From: Octopus bimaculoides
Taxonomy: Eukaryota
Direction of reading: 5' to 3'
DNA: 64,000 nt
Assembly: GCF_001194135.2 (NCBI RefSeq)
Contig: NC_068995.1
Coordinates: 16,890,233 to 16,954,232 of the forward strand
Shown here: in pieces, positions 1-12,249 of the stretch
How the letters are laid out: each line of letters opens with the position of its first letter
How positions within the stretch are numbered: the stretch's first letter is position 1
Position numbers and translations under genes: made by a program
Notes under the pieces: generated by a model
Database searches by the model: none
Seen by the model: only the letters and a program-made list of their open reading frames with translations
What the model was told of the DNA's origin: nothing

Positions 1-830
1 ACTGTATAGCGTTTCCACACACTTATACTTATACACGCGGATATGTTCATCGTATCGAGATTCAAATAGATGTATTGATGGTTCAAATTCTCTGTCGTTT
101 ACATCCTAGGATACTTGTCGCAGTTTAACGGATAATTATTTCACTTCAGCCAATGATAGTTTGGGGAAATGTATGAATTCAGCTATTTGCATCACCCACC
201 AACTCATGAAAGAATAACGTTCACCATTTCCCAATCGGTAAGTGTAATGGGGTCTGCTTCTGATACGGCAGGGGGAGGTGCTGAGGAATCTACCCGACGA
301 CCCTCCCATGAATTCTGAGCGGAGAAAAAGGATGGCTGGATGGACTAATAAATTTGATGCAAGGGTTAACCAATGCTTTGTACTGTTTCACTGTTGGACT
401 GTTATGCGTAGCACAAATTTTGCTCATAGTTAATTCGTTTTATTGCTTTATAGTGAAAGAAGTTGCTGTGCGCATGTCCATCGAAAGATCTTTAATATAA
501 TAATTGTCCTTATATTAGGAGATTCCAGGGGCCCAAAATTAGACTTTGCTGATTCATATCCTATATCCTGCACTACATTGTGTCTGTGATAACACACGAA
601 GTCTTTCAATATTCTTGGATACCTGGGTATAGAAGGTCAGGCCATGATGGGATCTATCTACCGATATTTGGAGAGATAAGGGCAGCGATCATTAGCACGC
701 CATGCAAAATGCTAAGCAGTCCGGAGATGCTTCTGAAATTACCAAGCAAGAGGACTAACTTCTTATTACACAACAGCACCTTTAATAAAGGAATATTACA
801 AAGAACTCTTTTCAATATTAAGCAGTCAAA

Positions 831-1052
831 GGTGCCAAGCTGGCAGAATCATTAGCACACCGGGCAAAATGCTTAGCGGCATTATGTCCGTCTTTATGTT
901 CTGAGTTCAAATTTCGACGAAGGCGACTTTGACTTTATCATTTTGGGGTCGGTGAAATAAGTAGATCATGAAATAAGAACATTGGGGTCGTTGCTATTGA
1001 AGTATTCCATCTGCTGAAATTAATGGCTTTGTGCCAAAATATGAGGCCAATG
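831..1052 (+). mobile_element. SINE family A (tRNA-like head), older tail-B type
   Basis: AGCTGGCAGAATCATTAGCACACCGGGCAAAATGCTTAGCGG..GTTCTGAGTTCAAATT (B-box-like)..GGGGTCG..TTGTGCCAAAAT; same consensus as the near-intact copy at 36689. Confidence 0.85.
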
Positions 1053-1267
1053 TTTTGAGAGACAGATAGATCGATCGATGGATATATAAAGCTAGAGAGA
1101 GCGTGTGTGTGTAAGAGTAAGCAAGAAGGAGAGCGGAGGGCGAGGAGAGAGAGAGAGAGAGATTTGAAGAGAAAGTGTGAGTTGGTGTTATGTATGGTCT
1201 TACAAAGAGAAAGCGAGAGAGAGNNNNNNNNNNNNNNNNNNNNNNNNNNNNNNNNNNNNNNNNNNNN

Positions 1268-1306
<39 letters not shown>

Positions 1307-2404
1307 CAAATGAATGCCGAAAGAAGAAAAGTAAACAAAATTAACGTGAATACAAAGATATTACCATGGTCAGGCCATGATATAACCATATTCTCATAGC
1401 AAGACATGTAAAAAACAAATTTACTTCAAATATATGATTAGACGAAGTTATTTAGCCGCAGAACAATTTTGTTCAAACTGTCATGTGATCAATGGGGGTG
1501 GGGGTCCAATCATATCTGCTTACTTGTTTTTAATTGACATTGTGTAACAACGAATGCTTCTCAAGATGTCTTACTTTATTTTCACAAAATACAGTGTTTT
1601 CGAGGAAGAGTTGGTTGGTATTCAAGCAGGCTCAGCAATCCCGTAGGTGCTCCGTTGTAAGTTCGTGTAGTTATTCCTCTTTTAGCTTCCATAGAGGTGT
1701 TCTGTGCTTAATCTTTCTTTAACGACTGAAGGCTGAGTTGATAGATAAGGCTGGTTTGAGTAAGGCTGCGTGTATAGATAAAGGAAGAACAAGGAAATCA
1801 GGATTAAATGCGACGATTTATTCAACCCGTTAAAGAGTGCATTAAGACGGCAAAGCTGAAGAGATACACATTGAAGTAACCGCAGAATATATACACAGTG
1901 GTTTAACGAGCAGATGGTACATAATGATGATGTATGCTGGAATGAACAGGAAAAATTCAAACGTGACAGAACTTCTGCAGGAGAACAGGAACAAAGTAGG
2001 CGTCAAAGGATACATGTGAAAATAAGCGTGCTTTCTGCCGAAGATCTGAACTCTATCGTGCAAAACCCACCTCACTGAAGAATATAGCAGGAAGACTCCC
2101 GTGGCACGCTTGGCTAGTCTGTCATGTGATGGGGTGGACAGCCCGCGTAAAGCCAGAGAGACTCGACCACCACGTGATGAGGCAAAATGGGGTACTTAAA
2201 GGTAAAGAGCCAAACATTGAACATGTTTGCTACAATTCCGTAGAGATGCTGTCAACTTCGATACATACATATATACATACATATATATGTGTGTATATAT
2301 ATTTGTATATACATATATATATATATATAATACAAAGAATATATATACATGTATACACACATATATGTACATACTTACATCTACATGTGTATATATATGC
2401 ATAT

Positions 2405-2510
2405 CAGGGTACAGGACGTTAGAACAATGAAGTACAGACAACGGAACGAACACATAGGAAAACGGAAAGTCACTTGGAATATTCCTTCATCAGCTGTCTC
2501 TATTCTAACC
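2405..2510 (-). repeat. Dispersed repeat related to 9916-10090 (partial hammerhead-like core)
   Basis: Both units start GGGTACAGGAC right after a microsatellite and carry CTGA(T/C)GAAGG on the minus strand; here CTGATGAAGGAATATTCC. Confidence 0.5.
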
Positions 2511-2862
2511 NNNNNNNNNNNNNNNNNNNNNNNNNNNNNNNNNNNNNNNNNNNNNNNNNNNNNNNNNNNNNNNNNNNNNNNNNNNNNNNNNNNNNNNNNN
2601 NNNNNNNNNNNNNNNNNNNNNNNNNNNNNNNNNNNNNNNNNNNNNNNNNNNNNNNNNNNNNNNNNNNNNNNNNNNNNNNNNNNNNNNNNNNNNNNNNNNN
2701 NNNNNNNNNNNNNNNNNNNNNNNNNNNNNNNNNNNNNNNNNNNNNNNNNNNNNNNNNNNNNNNNNNNNNNNNNNNNNNNNNNNNNNNNNNNNNNNNNNNN
2801 NNNNNNNNNNNNNNNATATATATTATATATGCATAGATATACATACATACATACATATATAC

Positions 2863-2893
<31 letters not shown>

Positions 2894-3594
2894 CGCGTGT
2901 GTGTGTGTGTGTGTGTGTGGAGAGAGGAAAAACGAGAGAGAGAGAGACAGGATACGGCCTGAGTATAATTTATTGCAAGGCTGAATATTTTATTGCATAT
3001 ATCTTAAGTCCGATTTCAACATTTGGTATCACAACCAGTTCATATTCTCTTTCTATCGCTCTGCTGTTTGACCCCACGCTCTCTATTGTATATCTCTCTA
3101 AGACACGCACATATATATATACACTCTAAAACACACGTAAACACACAACAAGAAAGATAATCGTATACTCACGCACACATACGCACACAAAGAAAAAAAT
3201 ACCGCACGCATCCACACAACAACCACAAATACACAAGCAATTAGACACAGACGTTAGCGAAAGTTTTCATAAGTACAGGTTTACTAATTGTAAAGTAAGA
3301 TGTCATAAACCATACTGAAAGGAAAAATATCGATTAGAGCTGATCCCTGAGCGGGAAACACTTAAATATCGTTATCGATACTTAAGAAGTGTTGATAAGG
3401 TTAAGTGGGAATAAACATTATTTTGCCAAATCATGTCACACCTGGGTATAATTTGTGTTACGGACTGGAAAAGTAGATCAGCAATAATCTGTATGTCTCT
3501 AAACAATAAGCTGAATAGCAATGCCGGAATCTTATTAAATAATAAAACCCAGAGCTGATTTCCTACTGACGTCCATAGCGGTGGATATATGTAT

Positions 3595-3624
3595 ACGTAG
3601 GTAGGATGATGTATGTATGTATGA

Positions 3625-3657
<33 letters not shown>

Positions 3658-4110
3658 TGTATGTATGTATGTGTGTATGTGTGTGAATATATATATATGG
3701 ATGCAGCTATGAATGTATGTATACAAACCTGTGTGTAGGTGTGATGGAACGAATGCAGGTATTTATACACGCACAAACATTTAGACAGAGTGAGAGATAG
3801 TGAGGTAGCTAGAGAGAGAGATAGAGAGATAGAGAGAGAGGGAGAGAGAGAGAGGGAGAGGGAGAGGGAGAGAGGGAGAGAGAGAAAGATAGAGAGAAAA
3901 CAGACAAAACGGTAAGATGAACATGTGTATATGTATGTATATTTGTATGTATGTATGTATGTATGTATGTATGTATGCATACAGGCATGCATGTATGTAT
4001 GTATATATATATATATACATATAGGTTATATGCAGTTATAAAATATGTGTATATATGTATATGTGCCTGTGTCTGTATGTATGCGTGTGTGAGTATCTGC
4101 ATGTTTATAT
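3595..4110. repeat. Compound microsatellite block (ATGT)n/(GA)n/(TA)n
   Basis: Directly visible tandem tracts. Confidence 0.95.
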
Positions 4111-5523
4111 GCACGTGCAAGCGTGCAATACAGTCTAGAATAGCTCCCAATTGAATGCAATTAGCATTACCTCATGACCTATATATGAAGGTATTTATTC
4201 GTAGTTAGACACACACACATATATACTCACATAAACATATATACGTATAAGTATGTACGTGTGAACGGAATGGTGTGTATGTGTGTATACATGTGTGTGT
4301 GAATATTTTTTTGATCACATCAATAGATTTTGTACATTTTGCTCTTGTATAGTTGAATTTATTTCAACATAAATCCCCTGAGGGTATGTAGTGAAATATA
4401 TATATTAAATGAAATTTATACTATGTACTCAACGACATCCGTAGTTTTAAATATGTATGTATGATCAGATGTCGAGATTATAGCAATTTTGCCCGATACG
4501 GTTTTATATTTCCCTCGATGACTAATTAAAGAAAATTTTGTGATTCACTCGGTACCACAACTGATTATACAGATGGCACCAACATTTCCCCTTGGTGTTA
4601 TGAACTTGTCGAATTAGATTTACAGACTTACCTGCACCTGATGCCTGTATGCCCAAAACGATGCAAAACCTTGCTCATTAGCATGGATGCATGTTTAGTG
4701 TGCTAAAACATTATGGTCCGCTGTGCAAAATATACAACTTTTAATTGTAAACGCTTTAAGTATGTTTTCGCGTTACTAGATTTTACTATGTATATGTATA
4801 TATGTATATATATATATATATATATNNNNNNNNNNNNNNNNNNNNNNNNNNNNNNNNNNNNNNNNNNNNNNNNNNNNNNNNNNNNNNNNNNNNNNNNNNN
4901 NNNNNNNNNNNNNNNNNNNNNNNNNNNNNNNNNNNNNNNNNNNNNNNNNNNNNNNNNNNNNNNNNNNNNNNNNNNNNNNNNNNNNNNNNNNNNNNNNNNN
5001 NNNNNNNNNNNNNNNNNNNNNNNNNNNNNNNNNNNNNNNNNNNNNNNNNNNNNNNNNNNNNNNNNNNNNNNNNNNNNNNNNNNNNNNNNNNNNNNNNNNN
5101 NNNNNNNNNNNNNNNNNNNNNNNNNNNNNNNNNNNNNNNNNNNNNNNNNNNNNNNNNNNNNNNNNNNNNNNNNNNNNNNNNNNNNNNNNNNNNNNNNNNN
5201 NNNNNNNNNNNNNNNNNNNNNNNNNNNNNNNNNNNNNNNNNNNNNNNNNNNNNNNNNNNNNNNNNNNNNNNNNNNNNNNNNNNNNNNNNNNNNNNNNNNN
5301 NNNNNNNNNNNNNNNNNNNNNNNNNNNNNNNNNNNNNNNNNNNNNNNNNNNNNNNNNNNNNNNNNNNNNNNNNNNNNNNNNNNNNNNNNNNNNNNNNNNN
5401 NNNNNNNNNNNNNNNNNNNNNNNNNNNNNNNNNNNNNNNNNNNNNNNNNNNNNNNNNNNNNNNNNNNNNNNNNNNNNNNNNNNNNNNNNNNNNNNNNNNN
5501 NNNNNNNNNNNNNNNNNNNTATA

Positions 5524-6392
5524 TAGGGTGCGGTGAATATATTGTCATCTAAATTGCGCAAAAATGAAAGCAACACTGACATCTAATTTTAACAGATATA
5601 GTTTATCTTGGAATATTAAGGAGGATATTTATTCAATAAAAACTTCATTGGCTTCAATCACGACCTACAGACGACTTCGGAATCTCCTGCAACTTATCTG
5701 GACGGTCTTGTTTAAGTTAGTGAATGATGCCATAATCCTTGTCTTCAGTTCATGTTTGGTGTTACAAGGAGTTTTGTTGGTCTCTCGCTCAACTGCGCCC
5801 CACACATGATAATGAAAGGGGGTGCAGTCGGGGGAGTTAGGTGGCCAGATGGTAGGGTGTGATGTGGTTGCAGAATTTGTCTGACAGCTATGAGTGGGTT
5901 TTTCTGCTTGAGTGGCAAGCTACAGGGTCCTGTTGCCAGACATAGCGTCTTCCATCAGCCACTCTCTTGACCCAGGGCAGTACTACCTTCTCTAAGCATT
6001 TGATGTAGGCCTCCGTGTTAAGTGTGAGACTGTGATGAACGGAAGATGAATGGAGGCATAACATCGCCATCACTAGTGATCGCTCCAAACACCATGAAGT
6101 TGACCGGATGTTCGACTTTTATAACTCTTGGTACATGCTTTGGGGGCGCAGCAAGCCAACAGCTGTTCTGTTTGTTCAACCTCCATTTGTACTGGAGCTT
6201 CGGTGCAAATGCCAAACATACAGCATGTCGTTTCTAAATTTCTGGCAGAGTGAATGAAGTCGTGGAGCTGTTTTTCTCACAGACGGTTTCCAACTGACCC
6301 TACTATACACTTTTAGTTCACAAAATTAAAAACGAACAATACGCATGCAGGAAATTAAAAATATGAAATGGCGACAATTTACACATCGCACC

Positions 6393-6395
<3 letters not shown>
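5524..6395 (-). mobile_element. Internally deleted Tc1/mariner DNA transposon, maT/DD37D type (pseudogenised transposase)
   Basis: Minus-strand translation across frameshifts gives NKQNSCWLA..VPRVIKVEHPVNFMVFGAITSDGDVMPPFIF / LNTEAYIKCLEKVVLPWVKRVADGRRYVWQQDPVACHSSRKT / WPPNSPDCTPF(H)YHVWGAVERETN. There are 37 residues between the 2nd and 3rd catalytic positions after correcting one frameshift. Imperfect TIRs TAGGGTGCG..ATTGTC occur at 5524 and 6395. The N-terminal DNA-binding region and first Asp are missing. Confidence 0.9.
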
Positions 6396-6430
<35 letters not shown>

Positions 6431-6488
6431 GTGTGTGTGTGTGCGCGTGTGTGTGTCTGTGTGAATGTGTGTGTGTGAGTGTGTGTGT

Positions 6489-6537
6489 GCATGAAATTAA
6501 AAATATATGTTGGTGACACTTTACTCATGGCACCCTG
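6489..6537 (-). mobile_element. Orphan terminus of a related maT-like element
   Basis: GCATGAAATTAAAAATATATGTTGGTGACACTTTACTCATGGCACCCTG followed by TA. It aligns with the terminus at 6345-6395 (GGAAATTAAAAAATATGAAATGGCGACAATTTACACATCGCACCCT). Confidence 0.6.
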
Positions 6538-6588
<51 letters not shown>

Positions 6589-6841
6589 ATATATATATAT
6601 ATACACACATATTTTCTGGATACCTACAGTTTCTGGCAGTGGACTATAGAGCAAGTGATTTCTGTTGTGCGATAAGTGGCCTACCAACATTCTTTCAATT
6701 ACATCTTTCATGTATCTAAAAAGAATTACCAGATATATTTATATATGTTTACATTCTTGAACATAGGCATTAAAAACTAAAAAGTATAGTCAAAATGCAT
6801 TATATAAATATATGTATATGTGTGTATATATATATATATAC

Positions 6842-6892
<51 letters not shown>

Positions 6893-7223
6893 AGTGTGTG
6901 TGTGTGTGTATGTGTATATATATATATGTATACTCACACACACACACGCACATATATAAATATACGGGAGTAAGCACGTAAATGCGTAACACGCTGGAAA
7001 AAATAGTACTCGAATACCAGAGGTAGAGTCATATGCTTTATTGAAAAGCATCAAAAATAGCGCAAAAAACTGTTACTCAGAGTTTCGCGCTCTTGTTTGT
7101 CGGACAGTTTTGTTTAGAAGATATGAATATATATATATATATGTGTATATATATATATATATATTCATATATATATATATATTCATATATTCTAAACAAT
7201 GCATGCATACATGTATCTACATA

Positions 7224-7267
<44 letters not shown>

Positions 7268-7404
7268 TGCCTATGTGTGTATCTATATGTATATATGTAT
7301 TTATATAAATGTATATGTATATATACCTTGACACACACACATATATATGTATAAACATATATAATAGATATGTATATATATACACATACGTAAATTTATA
7401 TTCA

Positions 7405-7625
7405 TGTATCTAAAAAGAATTTTTTCATCATGTAACCTCGTGGGCATCGGTACCATTTTCCTCTTTCTCCGTTCTTCCATTCTCCGAACTTTCCATCTTT
7501 CCGACGAAGGGCTACGCCCGAAACGTCATACACTCTCTCTTTCCTTTCCTGAGCGTCCAATAATACTATCCATATCACGTCCTCACTTTGTTGTTTTTTT
7601 GTTTTTTTGTTATTGTTTTTTTGAA
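7405..7625 (+). mobile_element. Short Penelope-like/retrozyme-type repeat carrying a minimal hammerhead-like core
   Basis: CCGACGAA-GGGC-TAC-GCCC-GAAAC-GTC at 7501-7527, inside a pyrimidine-rich unit between (TA)n tracts. Confidence 0.55.
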
Positions 7626-9237
7626 CTATATATATATATATATATATNNNNNNNNNNNNNNNNNNNNNNNNNNNNNNNNNNNNNNNNNNNNNNNNNNNNN
7701 NNNNNNNNNNNNNNNNNNNNNNNNNNNNNNNNNNNNNNNNNNNNNNNNNNNNNNNNNNNNNNNNNNNNNNNNNNNNNNNNNNNNNNNNNNNNNNNNNNNN
7801 NNNNNNNNNNNNNNNNNNNNNNNNNNNNNNNNNNNNNNNNNNNNNNNNNNNNNNNNNNNNNNNNNNNNNNNNNNNNNNNNNNNNNNNNNNNNNNNNNNNN
7901 NNNNNNNNNNNNNNNNNNNNNNNNNNNNNNNNNNNNNNNNNNNNNNNNNNNNNNNNNNNNNNNNNNNNNNNNNNNNNNNNNNNNNNNNNNNNNNNNNNNN
8001 NNNNNNNNNNNNNNNNNNNNNNNNNNNNNNNNNNNNNNNNNNNNNNNNNNNNNNNNNNNNNNNNNNNNNNNNNNNNNNNNNNNNNNNNNNNNNNNNNNNN
8101 NNNNNNNNNNNNNNNNNNNNNNNNNNNNNNNNNNNNNNNNNNNNNNNNNNNNNNNNNNNNNNNNNNNNNNNNNNNNNNNNNNNNNNNNNNNNNNNNNNNN
8201 NNNNNNNNNNNNNNNNNNNNNNNNNNNNNNNNNNNNNNNNNNNNNNNNNNNNNNNNNNNNNNNNNNNNNNNNNNNNNNNNNNNNNNNNNNNNNNNNNNNN
8301 NNNNNNNNNNNNNNNNNNNNNNNNNNNNNNNNNNNNNNNNNNNNNNNNNNNNNNNNNNNNNNNNNNNNNNNNNNNNNNNNNNNNNNNNNNNNNNNNNNNN
8401 NNNNNNNNNNNNNNNNNNNNNNNNNNNNNNNNNNNNNNNNNNNNNNNNNNNNNNNNNNNNNNNNCCCTCCCTCTCCCCTTCCCTCCCTCTCCTCCTTCTC
8501 CTCTATCCTTCCGTATTCCACACGCACATACCGTCATATGCCTGAAAATTGTTACCACGTTTAGCAATTGGTATTCTCGCTTTGATATTTAGTTTCTCAA
8601 CGCGACTTTCCTAATTGGCATCAATCGTTTTTCCCCTCCTTTCCTTCAATCATTATCTACTACATTCACTTCTTATGTTATTCCATTGATGTTCCCCCCT
8701 ATTCTTTTGATGTTATGCAGGCTGATCATCCTCAAAAGAAAAACGGGGGCGAAAAAATGTACCAAATTTTTATTTTCTTACAGGTTCTTTCAAAACGAAT
8801 CAGAAGAAAATACCAAATGATTCGTTTGCGTATGATAATTTGTACAGAATATTTCTATAATTTTTCTATAATTTTTCTTACAGAGACTTACCTAGAGTAG
8901 TTTGCTGCTCATTTTGAATCTGTAAAGTATCCCATATTCATATGTTCAGTTACATTAGTTATGTATAAACAATGTTTTTTTTTAAAATTGTTGTGTATAA
9001 CCCGTTGTTTATCGCTTAATGACAGTGGGATCGGCAAGGAGTATGAATATTTTTAAATTCTAACATAAATATATCTTTCCTGGCTGGAACGCGGAATGAC
9101 ACATACGCACACATAGATATAGGTACAGGCCCGCGCTCGCACATATACGCGGTCACACACAGCATAAGACTTGCTATGACATCTATGTCTATATGTTTAT
9201 AAGACCTCTATAAACCTCTACATTTCTATAAGTTAAA

Positions 9238-9280
<43 letters not shown>

Positions 9281-9804
9281 NNNNNNNNNNNNNNNNNNNN
9301 NNNNNNNNNNNNNNNNNNNNNNNNNNNNNNNNNNNNNNNNNNNNNNNNNNNNNNNNNNNNNNNNNNNNNNNNNNNNNNNNNNNNNNNNNNNNNNNNNNNN
9401 NNNNNNNNNNNNNNNNNNNNNNNNNNNNNNNNNNNNNNNNNNNNNNNNNNNNNNNNNNNNNNNNNNNNNNNNNNNNNNNNNNNNNNNNNNNNNNNNNNNN
9501 NNNNNNNNNNNNNNNNNNNNNNNNNNNNNNNNNNNNNNNNNNNNNNNNNNNNNNNNNNNNNNNNNNNNNNNNNNNNNNNNNNNNNNNNNNNNNNNNNNNN
9601 NNNNNNNNNNNNNNNNNNNNNNNNNNNNNNNNNNNNNNNNNNNNNNNNNNNNNNNNNNNNNNNNNNNNNNNNNNNNNNNNNNNNNNNNNNNNNNNNNNNN
9701 NNNNNNNNNNNNNNNNNNNNNNNNNNNNNNNNNNNNNNNNNNNNNNNNNNNNNNNNNNNNNNNNNNNNNNNNNNNNNNNNNNNNNNNNNNNNNNNNNNNN
9801 NNNN

Positions 9805-9846
<42 letters not shown>

Positions 9847-9915
9847 TATATAAACATGCATATATCCATAGATATATGTACATACCTACATCTATATGTA
9901 TACATACATGAATAT

Positions 9916-10090
9916 ATGGGTACAGGACATCACAAAAACGTTAAACATTATGAGAAACGAAACCATAAAGGCGAAACAGAAAACGAACTTTTTTTGAACA
10001 ATGAAATATAAAAACAGAGAAACGAGACATGCAACATAAAGAGTATAACCCTTCGTCAGTTGTCCCTGTTCCATCTACTCCGCGTTTACA
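9916..10090 (-). repeat. Dispersed repeat related to 2405-2510
   Basis: GGGTACAGGACATC..; minus strand GACAACTGACGAAGGGTTATACTC. Confidence 0.5.
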
Positions 10091-10256
10091 TGCAAAAATA
10101 CATAATTAGCACGCGTACATACACTGATATAAACCTACACACGCACACTCACATATATACAAACATAGGCACACAATCACATACACACATACAGACACAT
10201 TCACACAAATTCATACACACGTACACCTACTCACATACACACACACACACACGCAA

Positions 10257-10326
<70 letters not shown>

Positions 10327-10327
10327 T

Positions 10328-10539
10328 CTTTTACTTGTTTCAATCATTGAAAAGCGGCTATGCTGGAGCAGCGTCTTTTGTCGAACAAATCGGCCCCAGA
10401 ATTTATTCTTTGTAGGACTAGTATTTATTTTATCATCTCTTTTGCCAAACCACCAGATTACGGAGATGTAAACATATCATCATCGGATCTCATGCGATGG
10501 TGGTGAGGGGTACAAGCACAGAAACACACATACATACAC

Positions 10540-10545
<6 letters not shown>
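10328..10545 (-). mobile_element. SINE family B, 3' half
   Basis: TTTTACTTGTTTCAATCATTG..ATGCTGGAGCAGCG..TTATTCTTTGTAGGACTAGTA..GTAAACA matches the reverse complement of the 35396 copy. Confidence 0.8.
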
Positions 10546-10572
<27 letters not shown>

Positions 10573-10573
10573 A

Positions 10574-10742
10574 TGTGCGATGGCTAATTTGTCGCCATTT
10601 CATATTTTTAATTTCCCGCATTATCTGTTTTTGATCTTGTCGACTACACTGTACGGTAGAGTCAGTTTGGAAACGTCTGTGAGAGAAACAGCACCATGAC
10701 ACAATTCACTTTACCAGAAATTTGAAAACGATATGCTGTACT
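10574..10742 (+). mobile_element. 5' end fragment of the same maT-type family as 5524-6395
   Basis: GTGCGATGGCTAATTTGTCGCCATTTCATATTTTTAATTTCC..GTCAGTTTGGAAACGTCTGTGAGAGAAACAGC..GAAAACGATATGCTGTA matches the reverse complement of 6225-6395. Confidence 0.8.
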
Positions 10743-10769
10743 GCTTGTGTGTCTATCTGAGGATAAAAG

Positions 10770-11064
10770 ACACCTTTCAGTCTTGAATGACCATAGGGTT
10801 GCAACGGCCAGGGCTGTTTATGGAAGTAGCAGTCGCTCATGCATACCAGCCTCTCCTCTCTACGACACAGATGTTACCCAATGGAAAGGCAACGGCTGAT
10901 TCAGTTTGGCACCAGTGACGTCGTAAGTCATTTGTACATCTTAGTGAACTGGAGTAACGTGAAATAAGTGTCCTGCTCAAGAGCACAACACACAGCCCAG
11001 TCCAGGAATCGGACTCACTACCTCATGATTGTGAGTCCGACACTCTAACCACTGAACCATGCAT
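10770..11064 (-). mobile_element. SINE family C
   Basis: Reverse complement of the 61394 copy: GCAGTCGCTCATGCATACCAGCCTCTCCTCTC..TTGGCACCAGTGACGTCG..AACGTGAAATAAGTGTCCTGCTCAAGAGCACAAC..CTCTAACCACTGAACCATGCAT. Confidence 0.85.
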
Positions 11065-11572
11065 CATTATTTATAAACGATAGCGGACAACGTTATTGAA
11101 TTTATCTCATTTCCAAGACAACTGGGTAGGTTTTGAAAGATATTTGACTGCTATTTCTTGTAAATCAAGTGACCACGTGCCGACTCCCTCATTGACTCAT
11201 TCCCCATGTGTAGATAAAATAAAGTACCTGTTGTTAATGGTTGTTAATTCAATCGACTCTGCCCTTTCACTAAAAATGCATGGCATTCCGCCAATGTTAG
11301 AACTCATTACTCCTCTATTATATTTCTTTTTGATTATTTTCTTCTATCGAACAACGATCAATCACATTGAGTCCACTTCATCTAGATGGTGTTAGATTGA
11401 AATTGGGTTGCACTATTAGCGCAGTGGGAGAAATGTTATCATATACTGATTTTAAACATAGTATTGAAATTTAACGTAGCAGTCAATTTAGTGTCCTAGC
11501 CACTTGCAACAGTCGAGTCGAATCACCTTCTGTGTCTCTCTCTCATTCACTCTCTCTCTTTCTCTTGAGCTG

Positions 11573-11574
<2 letters not shown>

Positions 11575-11662
<88 letters not shown>

Positions 11663-11745
11663 CATCTATCTATCTGTGTAATTCTCTACATTTGTTTATT
11701 TATGTGCATGTGTATCACACGCACATATACATGTGTAGATGTTTG

Positions 11746-11810
<65 letters not shown>
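11575..11810. repeat. (CTAT)n followed by (TA)n(TG)n microsatellites
   Basis: Directly visible tandem tracts. Confidence 0.95.
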
Positions 11811-11813
<3 letters not shown>

Positions 11814-11827
11814 TGTAATATATATAC

Positions 11828-12021
11828 ATGCTAGAGTGGTAGTCTGGTAAGAAGTTTGGTAAGAAGAAGACCAACCACATTGGTCCGGGTTCAGTCCTCT
11901 TGTATGGCACTTTGTACAAATCACCTTCTATTATAACCTCGGGCTGACTAGCCGAACAACAACCGGCCAAAGCATTGGGAGTGGATTTTGCGGATGGGAA
12001 CTAAAAGAAGCCCATCATATA

Positions 12022-12061
<40 letters not shown>

Positions 12062-12208
12062 TGTGTGTGTGTGTATGTATGTGTGTTGTATGCACGTGTA
12101 TGTACATGATCGTGCGCACGTGCACCTTTGTGTATGTGCTTGTTCGATTAAACCAATCGAGGTGGTGCCCTTGCATGGCCGCATCCATTGTCTGAAACAA
12201 GTAAAATG
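11828..12208 (+). mobile_element. SINE family B, degraded, with expanded internal microsatellite
   Basis: CAACCACATTGGTCCGGGTTCAGTCC..ACCTCGGGCTGAC..GGAACTAAAAGAAGCCCATC(TA)n(TG)n..GGTGGTGCCCTTGCATGGCCGC..TGAAACAAGTAAAA. Confidence 0.8.
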
Positions 12209-12218
12209 ATATATATAT

Positions 12219-12249
<31 letters not shown>

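Noticed and set aside
1540-2230. Possible LINE ORF remnant in a GC-richer unique stretch
   Set aside because: No frame gave a recognisable RT or endonuclease motif.
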